25,341 nucleotides of DNA from positions 1 through 25,341 of the IMG/VR virus record IMGVR_UViG_3300025470_000078, one strand, 5' to 3'. The stretch's first letter is position 1; each line of letters begins with the position of its first letter. This document shows, piece by piece, positions 16,577-23,815 of this stretch. The position numbers were made by a program, and so were the translations under genes. The DNA is from a virus. Its lineage: Duplodnaviria; Caudoviricetes. A model generated the notes under the pieces. The model was not told the DNA's origin. It saw only the letters and a list, made by a program, of their open reading frames with translations, and searched no databases.

Positions 16577-19394
16577 TTAGCAATACGGCTTCATTGAAGA
16601 ACTCCAGCTTGCTGGTATCGAACACGATTGTGTTAACAGGTGCTTGTGTGTTAGCAGCTGTACCTGCGGTCATCCGCTTCTTTTTCATACCAACCAAAGC
16701 GTTGTTCTTGCGATATGGATTAAGCGTCTCTTCAAAGTTAGCCATGACCTTGGCGCAGTCCTCACGGTAGCTGCGCACCACAATGTAGAGCAACTTGGTA
16801 TCGGGCTCATAGCGTGCAGTCATCGCACCGCGTGGCTCCTTGATCGGGCCATGCTCCAGACCAGTACGATTATCTTTGTTGCCATTGATGACCAGAATTT
16901 CATGGAAGTGGCGTTGTAGGTATCCGCCCAAGAATTCGTCACCGTCAAACATATACTCGCGTGTCTTGCTGCGGGTGTCTCTAATCAAGTCAATACCGAA
17001 GTCAAACACAGGTGCAATTGGTATATCGTGCAGCCCCAGCTTCTTGGAGATTGTGCCCCCTGCAATAGCCAGCGAAGTCATCAGCGCCCAGTACCGTTCT
17101 GAATTGCGGATATCAGCAGCTTGCTCAACACGCACCTGCATTTCTTGGATGATCTTCTGCACCATAGGAAGCTGACCAACCAGTGCTTGGGAATAGGGCT
17201 CAACGGCGTGACCGTAGTTGCTCATCAGTCTACCGAAGTGTTGGCGTGCCCAAGTAGCGTCGTCATGGGTATCCGGCGTGATGTTGATCTCCATAATGCG
17301 TTTCAACTCACCATCGGGAAAACCCTTAATAGATAGCAACGCATCTGTTACGTACCTGTTAGATGATGTGATTAGACCAGTCTGGAACTTGGTGTGATTG
17401 CTGCGCTCGGCGTTCTCGTGCTGCTTGTAACGGTTCTTGCCACGGCCTGACGTTACGTCATAAACTTGTTGTGACATGAGTTCTGGAGCCATGTTCGTGA
17501 TTTCATCCATAGTCACGGCGAAGTTTTGCATCACACCTAACCGCCCCATGCGGGCGTTGTATGTATCCTTGGGGGAGAGCAGCAGCTCCTTGGGTCTGCC
17601 GTAGATACTGTTGATGGCTTGCAGAATAGTGGTCTTGCCTGACCCTGACTCGCGGCTGACCAAGTTAAGGAGGAAACCGTCCAGTATGGTGAACTTCATT
17701 AGCATCACACCAAAGCCCATGAAAAATGGGAAAGCTCGGTAGGCCATGCCGTCACGCCCATAGACATTGATCGTGTCCTTCCACTCGTGGAAACTTCCTT
17801 TAGCTTGAAACAACGGAACCAATGGCAGCGTTGGCGATGATGGTGGGCTATACACCACTTCTGTTGCACGGATCTCGCGGTCGCCTACGATGATGGCTGA
17901 CTCGTCTTCAACCCAACCAAACTGGCGGTGCGACTTCTCTGCTTGCGCATTCATTTGCAATTCCTCAATCCAGCGTGTGACGTAATACATAAGTTGATCC
18001 TGTTTCTTGCCAAGAGCAGTGATGCCGTAGGACGCTACCGTGGATATGAACTTCTCTTTGGATAACACGTTTGCCAGTGTCATGATGAAGTCGCGGACCC
18101 CGTCCTTGGGTAAGTGCAACCGCAGTAGTAGGGTTTCCCCTAAGTCAGGATCTTGCATCCGCTTGACGACGTAGAAGTCGTATGGGTAGATCAATTCCTC
18201 GATGTCGTCACCGTCCCTGTTCTTGGTGCGCACGTAAATGCCGCCCGCCTTGCCCCGAAAAAATGGAAATGGGAACTTGGGGATCACAAACTCTTTAAGC
18301 TCTTTGGTCTCAGGCTCCAAGTCCATGACATGGTTGTCTGCTTCGGTAGCTTCAACAATTTCTTTACCGAACTGGATGGGGGACGTGATCTTGTGTTTGC
18401 AGCCCTCGCACGTTGCGGGGTTCAGCTTCTTGAATGTTTCGCAGGTATATGGACCCTTGGTCTCGTTGGCCTTGCGGTCTGCAACACTCCATGAGTAGTC
18501 AGGGTGCTTGCCAGATATGGCCTTGAGTGCTTTGTCGCGGTCTTCACATTGTTGGGCAATACTAAGCCCTGCCCTCCACATGGGCTCCTCTAGTGTAGCC
18601 TGATTATCGTAGATGTACGCAATCTGGGCACATCCCTTACCCTCAACGCTTTTAACTAGGATGTCCTTAAACTTAGACACACTGCTGCCCATCAAGGCCA
18701 ACGTGGTTGCATCCATTGGTCGGCGGTATTCGGCTTTGTCGAGGAACGCTAATACATCTTCACTTGGCTTAAGATATTTATCCAAGTGCTCTGGCAGTAA
18801 GTAATTACCTACGTTGACAACGTCAACAGGTAGCGGGTTGTTGATATCCTTGACGTGCATGGTTCCCGGCACACGCAGCACGCGTGCAGCTTCGCCAGTG
18901 ACCGCAGGGTCAACGTCAAACTTGTGCTCGACACATAACTTCTTTAGCTGCTCAGCGTAAGGCTTCCATGCGTCGCGTGGTAACGCTTCTTCCATCACCC
19001 AATACAAATGCGCACCGCGACCCGAGGTAACTATGGTGGGCTTGGGTAGTCCGGTTGCTTTGCAGAACGCACGTAGCGCAATCAAGCCGGTAGGTAGGTC
19101 GGCGTACGGCTTACCAGCACCGCAGTCTAGGTCAATGAAGAACGACTTGAGCGCAACTACATTCGAGCGCGTGCGCCCCGCATTGCTGTCGCCATACTTG
19201 GCAACACCGAAAAACACGTTGAAATGATCTGCACCCAATTGGTCTGAGACCGTGCTGATGGCTTCAATCGAATCTACAAACTGCTGCTTAACGACGTCTC
19301 TCTCGTCAACAACTTTCTGACCAAATGTGCAGTAGTGTTCCCCATCATTCAGCGGTGGGAGCACCAGAGCGAGAAACTCACTTCTCGATAACAT
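16542..19394 (-). CDS. Primase-helicase fusion: RepB-like/AEP primase, Cys-rich helical domain and DUF927 (Cch-like) helicase
   Basis: FFIDLD, TSGRGAHLYW and RVLRVPGT primase motifs. CAQI...PYTCETF...CEGCKH. FGW motif, Walker A ESGSGKTT, Walker B VTMDE, SGRGKNR and NYGHA. RBS AAGGA. Confidence 0.85.
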   Translation of the reverse strand: MLSRSEFLALVLPPLNDGEHYCTFGQKVVDERDVVKQQFVDSIEAISTVSDQLGADHFNVFFGVAKYGDSNAGRTRSNVVALKSFFIDLDCGAGKPYADLPTGLIALRAFCKATGLPKPTIVTSGRGAHLYWVMEEALPRDAWKPYAEQLKKLCVEHKFDVDPAVTGEAARVLRVPGTMHVKDINNPLPVDVVNVGNYLLPEHLDKYLKPSEDVLAFLDKAEYRRPMDATTLALMGSSVSKFKDILVKSVEGKGCAQIAYIYDNQATLEEPMWRAGLSIAQQCEDRDKALKAISGKHPDYSWSVADRKANETKGPYTCETFKKLNPATCEGCKHKITSPIQFGKEIVEATEADNHVMDLEPETKELKEFVIPKFPFPFFRGKAGGIYVRTKNRDGDDIEELIYPYDFYVVKRMQDPDLGETLLLRLHLPKDGVRDFIMTLANVLSKEKFISTVASYGITALGKKQDQLMYYVTRWIEELQMNAQAEKSHRQFGWVEDESAIIVGDREIRATEVVYSPPSSPTLPLVPLFQAKGSFHEWKDTINVYGRDGMAYRAFPFFMGFGVMLMKFTILDGFLLNLVSRESGSGKTTILQAINSIYGRPKELLLSPKDTYNARMGRLGVMQNFAVTMDEITNMAPELMSQQVYDVTSGRGKNRYKQHENAERSNHTKFQTGLITSSNRYVTDALLSIKGFPDGELKRIMEINITPDTHDDATWARQHFGRLMSNYGHAVEPYSQALVGQLPMVQKIIQEMQVRVEQAADIRNSERYWALMTSLAIAGGTISKKLGLHDIPIAPVFDFGIDLIRDTRSKTREYMFDGDEFLGGYLQRHFHEILVINGNKDNRTGLEHGPIKEPRGAMTARYEPDTKLLYIVVRSYREDCAKVMANFEETLNPYRKNNALVGMKKKRMTAGTAANTQAPVNTIVFDTSKLEFFNEAVLLNADDPEPTSND

Positions 19395-19478
19395 AACCGT
19401 CCTTGAGCGTCATACTAGAAGGAATGGGCAGGGGTGTGACGGGATCACCCTCTTCGGTAGCTAGCCTAGCCCCCCTTA
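19395..19478 (-). promoter_or_regulatory. Candidate structured mRNA leader of the primase-helicase gene
   Basis: GC-rich intergenic region with pairings AAGGGGGGC/GCCCAUUCCUU and AGGGUGA/UCACACCCCU, plus segments complementary to the RBS. Confidence 0.45.
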
Positions 19479-19482
19479 ACCT

Positions 19483-19713
19483 TTAAGCTAACTTGTTAAT
19501 CAGCTTTTGCATTTTGTCGGAGTGCTTGCCAGACACGACCGTTTTTCCGCGAAACCATGAATATACAGTGACACGGCTCACATTAAAGAACTCAGCGACA
19601 TCTGTTGCGGGTATTTCCCTATCTAAACAGAGCAGACCAAGTTTCACACCAAGGAGACTGGCATCAGCCTCCCTGATCTCACGCGCTGTAAGGGTGGAGT
19701 AACCTTTAGACAT
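19483..19713 (-). CDS. Cro/XRE-like helix-turn-helix protein
   Basis: 76 aa. IPATDVAEFFNVSRVTVYSWFRG is a canonical HTH pattern. Confidence 0.8.
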   Translation of the reverse strand: MSKGYSTLTAREIREADASLLGVKLGLLCLDREIPATDVAEFFNVSRVTVYSWFRGKTVVSGKHSDKMQKLINKLA

Positions 19714-20602
19714 CGTCCCAATTCTCTAAGATGCTTGCCAAGTCTTTCTTGGGTTCAGCCTCTTCCTGCTTCTTAGCCGCACGCTTGGTGGGCTCTTCAG
19801 CTTTGGGTTCTTCGGCCTTCACTTCGGGTTCTTCGGCTTTAGGTTCTTCAGCTTTGGGCTCTGCCTTTGACTTAGCTTTCACGCCGTCCATTTCAGACAC
19901 GGTGAACGTGATGGCACGCTTGGCTTCTTCGGTGTTAGCTTGTGCGATAACGGCTTGGTGCTCAGAAGCATCCAACACCTTAACAGGTTTGAACGTCAGC
20001 TTGGGCGTGGCGCTATCGGTATCGAAACGCATCTCGGTCACCACAGCAGTGATGGGAATACCCTTGCTACCAATCATCTTGGCATAAGTTTGTAGGGGCC
20101 ACTTGCCAGACTCGCCAGCACCAAAGATAGATGCTCCGGGCAAGGTCAACTGGAAAACATCTCCAGCAATGTCATTAGCCAACACAACTGCCAGACGTTG
20201 GTTGAAGCGGCAAGCACGGCTATCGCCTTGGCCCGAACCCTTGACGTTTTGTTCGCAGTCCATGCAACGCTTGGCTTGTGGGTTCTTCACCTTGGCATCA
20301 GGCACGTCACCGTCAGCAGACCAGCATGTAGGTGCAACAGGCTCATCACCTTCTTTGTACGTGCCAATGTAGAACGTGCGGGACACCTTGGGTGCAGCAG
20401 CAGCGATGACGACGTTCATAGCGCGGTCTTCGTTCTTGGCAACTTCTTTGCCGTTGACCATCATGCGCCATACGCCGCCTTTGATTGAGATACGCTTGGA
20501 CTGCGAACCGCCACCCATCAGGGCTTTAGTTGTTTCGTCAAGCTCCATAGTCTTCAAGTACGATGGAAGACCGATGTCGAGAATTGCAAGTTCGTTGCTC
20601 AT
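19706..20602 (-). CDS. Putative single-stranded DNA-binding protein
   Basis: Start reassigned to the ATG at 20602 (AGGAG RBS, 1 bp after the upstream stop). RISIKGG..., P.CWS.DG..P, C..C..N.KGS...RACR, a KAEEP repeat linker and an acidic/aromatic tail (LENWDDV). Sits in the replication module. Confidence 0.55.
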   Translation of the reverse strand: MSNELAILDIGLPSYLKTMELDETTKALMGGGSQSKRISIKGGVWRMMVNGKEVAKNEDRAMNVVIAAAAPKVSRTFYIGTYKEGDEPVAPTCWSADGDVPDAKVKNPQAKRCMDCEQNVKGSGQGDSRACRFNQRLAVVLANDIAGDVFQLTLPGASIFGAGESGKWPLQTYAKMIGSKGIPITAVVTEMRFDTDSATPKLTFKPVKVLDASEHQAVIAQANTEEAKRAITFTVSEMDGVKAKSKAEPKAEEPKAEEPEVKAEEPKAEEPTKRAAKKQEEAEPKKDLASILENWDDV

Positions 20603-20603
20603 A

Positions 20604-20990
20604 TTAGCTCCTAGATTTAGTGATAACAATGGTTTGTGAAACATCCGCGTTTAGTCCCGGCGGATGAAGATCGGGATTTTCCTCAAGGTACTGTGCCATG
20701 TTGGTGTTGTTGATGCGCTGCTGCATCAGGTTGAAGGCGTCGTTCTCTTTGATGAATTTGAAGAACGATTCCCAGTCGCTTGTCCAGTAGTTCTTACTGG
20801 TGCGTCGTGAGACCGTGCCGTGTTCGGTACGGATCGTAGTAGCCCCCTGCGCTTTGCAGATCTCAAGTAGCTCAGCCGCAATCACGTTTTGCTGTTCCTT
20901 AAGACTGTCGGCCTCTTTCTCAAGGGCTAGCCGCTTCTCGCGGATCTTGACATATATCGCCGCCAGTCGGTCGGCACTTACTTCGCTCAT
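20604..20990 (-). CDS. Conserved-type hypothetical phage protein (N-terminal coiled coil, T.HGT, DW..F..FI)
   Basis: 128 aa, strong RBS AAGGAG, first gene after a consensus promoter. Confidence 0.75.
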   Translation of the reverse strand: MSEVSADRLAAIYVKIREKRLALEKEADSLKEQQNVIAAELLEICKAQGATTIRTEHGTVSRRTSKNYWTSDWESFFKFIKENDAFNLMQQRINNTNMAQYLEENPDLHPPGLNADVSQTIVITKSRS

Positions 20991-21022
20991 TGCACTCTCC
21001 TTCGGTTGTAAAAGGTTTAACT

Positions 21023-21050
21023 ATTATAGGGGCTAGATTTACACTGTCAA
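21023..21050 (-). promoter_or_regulatory. Sigma70 promoter, perfect consensus
   Basis: TTGACA (21050-21045), 16-nt spacer, TATAAT (21028-21023), then AAGGAG and the ATG at 20990. Confidence 0.85.
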
Positions 21051-22589
21051 CTAGATTTCTAAAATATTTTTGTAAAGATCAATTAGTTTGGTGTGGATGT
21101 CCACCTTTTCCGAGAGCATCTTGTAGACGCGCTTCTCTACTGGGCTCCCCTCCAAATGAACTACCGTGCAAGGGTTGTGTTGGCCTGCACGATGTACACG
21201 TGCGTTCGCCTGTAGATATGTTTCAATAGATGTGATCGGGCCCCACCATACGACGACGTTAGCAGCGTGCAATGTGACGCCATGTGCAGCAGCTTGTGGT
21301 TGGATGACAAGTACTTGGGGCTTTGTGTCGGTTTGGAACTGATTGAAAATCTCTGTGCGCTTGGTTGCCGATATGCCGCCGTGGATAACTTCGCACGATA
21401 TCTTCTCTTCCTTCAGCCGCTCAGCGATGATGTCGATGGCGTGGCGGTACGGCACAAAGATCAACACCTTATGGCTTGCTTCCTCGATGACTTCGAGCAA
21501 TGCGTCCATGCGACTTTTTGCATCAAACGTAACGATTTCGCCAGTGTCCGCGTAGACTGCGCCGCATGATAGTTGAAGAAGTTTGTTGAGGTTGGCCGCA
21601 GCGTTGACGGTTGTGATCTCCTCACCAGCCGCACGTGTAATCATGTGCTTGCGGATCTCCTCGTAGTATTTAACCTGCTGCGTGGTCAGCGGTACGTCCC
21701 GAGTTGTGTAGGTGATCTCAGGTAGGTCAAGGCACTCTTCCTTGGTAAACCTGATTGCAGGTTGCAGAGCGTTGTGCACCACATGCTCAGAGTTGTGCTT
21801 CGGTATCCACTTGAACGTAGTAATCTTCATCATGACTTGATCTCGAAACGCACCAAAGAACTTGGGTACGTTAGATGGGTTGATGAGCTTGGCGAGTCCG
21901 TATGCGTCAGTTGGTGATTGCGATGCGGGGGTTCCTGTCAGCATCCATACCCACATGTTAGGCTTGAGCACGCTGTTGAGCGTTTTCCACCTGCGGGTCT
22001 GCGGGTTTTTGTATGCGTTAGCCTCGTCAATCACGATGAGGTCAAAGTCTTTGAGGTGATCCTTGATGATCTCAAGTCCGTCAAAGTTACAGATAACATA
22101 TTCAGCTTCGCTGTTGACTGCATCGATACGTTTGTCTTTAGAGTAGCTGTGTGCAATGGCGCACGTGCGGTGCGTGGCGAACTTAAATAAGTCGTTCTCC
22201 CAAGCCGATGACATGATCGACAGCGGGCACAGCACCAGCACACGTTTGATTGCCCCAATGTTCATGAGGTAGTCGCTAGCCCAGATGACGCTAGAAGTTT
22301 TGCCAGTGCCCTGCTCGTTAAAACAAAATGCACGGCGGTGCATCGTCAGGAATGACGCAGTTGTTTTCTGGTGTTCGAACGGCTTGTACATGCCCGTCCA
22401 TGCGTACTGACCCTCGATGGGCGACGGCACGTTCTTGATGCCTAAGTTTTTAAGCACCTGAGATTCTTCCAGCCCCCACTTGACCAGCACCTCGTTGTCA
22501 CCAAGGTCTTTTGATTTGGGTATGACGGTTGTTATCTTACCCGGATTGCGCACCTTCAATAGAAGGGCTTTGTTATCTATGATTTGCAC
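21051..22589 (-). CDS. SNF2-family (SF2) helicase/translocase
   Basis: EQGTGKT, VLCPLS, VIDEAN, LTGTP, HGVTL and QANARVHRAGQ motifs. GTG start with GGGGA RBS. Confidence 0.9.
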   Translation of the reverse strand: MQIIDNKALLLKVRNPGKITTVIPKSKDLGDNEVLVKWGLEESQVLKNLGIKNVPSPIEGQYAWTGMYKPFEHQKTTASFLTMHRRAFCFNEQGTGKTSSVIWASDYLMNIGAIKRVLVLCPLSIMSSAWENDLFKFATHRTCAIAHSYSKDKRIDAVNSEAEYVICNFDGLEIIKDHLKDFDLIVIDEANAYKNPQTRRWKTLNSVLKPNMWVWMLTGTPASQSPTDAYGLAKLINPSNVPKFFGAFRDQVMMKITTFKWIPKHNSEHVVHNALQPAIRFTKEECLDLPEITYTTRDVPLTTQQVKYYEEIRKHMITRAAGEEITTVNAAANLNKLLQLSCGAVYADTGEIVTFDAKSRMDALLEVIEEASHKVLIFVPYRHAIDIIAERLKEEKISCEVIHGGISATKRTEIFNQFQTDTKPQVLVIQPQAAAHGVTLHAANVVVWWGPITSIETYLQANARVHRAGQHNPCTVVHLEGSPVEKRVYKMLSEKVDIHTKLIDLYKNILEI

Positions 22590-22607
22590 TCAATTCCCCA
22601 TACGCCT

Positions 22608-22642
22608 ACCGACCGAAAGTGGTATTTCCACAGTCAGTCGGC
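22608..22642 (-). promoter_or_regulatory. 5' UTR hairpin upstream of the SNF2 gene
   Basis: GCCGACUGA-CU-GUGG-AAAUA-CCAC-UU-UCGGUCGGU on the minus strand. No U-tract follows. Confidence 0.55.
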
Positions 22643-22658
22643 CTTGATTTGAATTTTT

Positions 22659-22686
22659 ATTTTATGCTTTTGCTCGACAGTGTCAA
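22659..22686 (-). promoter_or_regulatory. Sigma70 promoter for the SNF2 gene
   Basis: TTGACA (22686-22681), 16-nt spacer, TAAAAT (22664-22659), with AT-rich sequence downstream. Confidence 0.7.
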
Positions 22687-22937
22687 GCGGGTTTGCGATC
22701 TTTATTTCGCTTGTACGAACGATTGGCGTGCACCGTCTTGACGGCTAGGTTTGACTTTGCAGTTGAGCCGCCTTTACTCAGCGGAACTTTGTGGTCAACG
22801 TCCTTGCCATCGCCCTTGTGCACTCGGCCTTCCTTCTCCAGTTGGTAACGTGCACGGTTGCGTGCGGCACGGTTGGCCTTCTGTTCGGGCTTGCCTTGAT
22901 ACTCGTCGTACTCTCGACGATAATTTCTCGTAGCCAT
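22683..22937 (-). CDS. Small HNH endonuclease-like protein
   Basis: DVDHKVPLSKGG...SNL....HAN, basic, 84 aa, GGAAG RBS-like sequence. Confidence 0.8.
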   Translation of the reverse strand: MATRNYRREYDEYQGKPEQKANRAARNRARYQLEKEGRVHKGDGKDVDHKVPLSKGGSTAKSNLAVKTVHANRSYKRNKDRKPA

Positions 22938-22938
22938 G

Positions 22939-23625
22939 TTACTTCCTCTTGGGTTCCCAATGGGTGCAGTTTACTACCGGACACCAGCCCCTACAAGTGA
23001 AGTTAGGTTTGGCGTTCCACACGTTATGGACAACAGATTCCTCTAGCCGATTGGCGTCACGTATCCACCGTTGCCAGTAGATGTCAGCGTTCTCTTGCAG
23101 GTAATCCGCTTTGATGAACTCGTTAGCCACCACGTAGAGCAGTCCAGCCTTCACCTTCTTGACCTGCGGGTAGTGTTTGAACACAGCCAAAGAAAATATC
23201 TCAAGCTGATCCTTCTTAGCGTACTTGGCGTTCTTAGCAGTCTTGTAGTCCACCATGTATGCCTTGCCGTCTTGAATGATTAGCAAGTCAACGATGCCAC
23301 GCCACCAAACATTTTCTGCATGGAAGTCGCAGGGTTCCAAGTCTTCGGTCAACCCAAGCTTTTTTTCACACAGGTGTGTGCCCTCGAACTTGCTTAGCAC
23401 CTCTAATGACTTGCTCATGTAGTCGTACTTTTTAGGTACAGGCTTCTTATCACGTATGAACTCTTCGGCAGCAAGGTGCACATCAGTGCCATAGTCCTTG
23501 GCTTCAGTAGGCGGATCAGATACGTCCTTCTTGACTCGTAGGTGATAATACTTTTTAGGGCATTGTTTAAACAAGTCAAGGGACGAATACGACCACGTGA
23601 TACTAGGTTTTTGGCTTGCGTTCAT
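22939..23625 (-). CDS. PD-(D/E)xK exonuclease, RecB/Cas4-like
   Basis: SYSSL..F.QCP..YY, GT.VH, E, GIVDL, VDYKT, QL..F and C-terminal C..WCP...C (split four-Cys arrangement). Confidence 0.85.
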   Translation of the reverse strand: MNASQKPSITWSYSSLDLFKQCPKKYYHLRVKKDVSDPPTEAKDYGTDVHLAAEEFIRDKKPVPKKYDYMSKSLEVLSKFEGTHLCEKKLGLTEDLEPCDFHAENVWWRGIVDLLIIQDGKAYMVDYKTAKNAKYAKKDQLEIFSLAVFKHYPQVKKVKAGLLYVVANEFIKADYLQENADIYWQRWIRDANRLEESVVHNVWNAKPNFTCRGWCPVVNCTHWEPKRK

Positions 23626-23815
23626 ATTTACGTTTGGACATGATTGATGCTATGCCCTCTGATTGCGATTCTTTATTGTCTCGCATTTCCATAAATAAGT
23701 CAGCAACTTCAAACGCCGCGCCCACGCTATCTGCGTAGCTTCCACCACGCATAAGCAAACCACTCATGGCAAACATGGCAGCTAGGTCTCTCAAGTTTTG
23801 TTCGTGTTCGTTCAT
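23603..23815 (-). CDS. Small hypothetical phage protein (RD..A..AM.GLL ... A..VAD type)
   Basis: 70 aa, TAATG-coupled to the polymerase stop, with a motif pattern common in phage early genes. Confidence 0.7.
   Translation of the reverse strand: MNEHEQNLRDLAAMFAMSGLLMRGGSYADSVGAAFEVADLFMEMRDNKESQSEGIASIMSKRKYERKPKT

Noticed and set aside
20603-20644. N-terminal extension of the SSB-like ORF given in the track
   Set aside because: It overlaps the upstream gene. The ATG at 20602 has an AGGAG RBS and a coupled position.
19420-22642. Ribozyme or riboswitch identity for the two intergenic structures (ACCGAAG resembles a glycine riboswitch segment; GAAA resembles the hammerhead core)
   Set aside because: The remaining conserved elements (GGAGA/CUCAGG; CUGANGA with three stems) are absent.
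23635-23665. GIASIM in the 70-aa early protein, matching the GIxxL motif of virion proteins
   Set aside because: A single short match in an unrelated module cannot be distinguished from chance.
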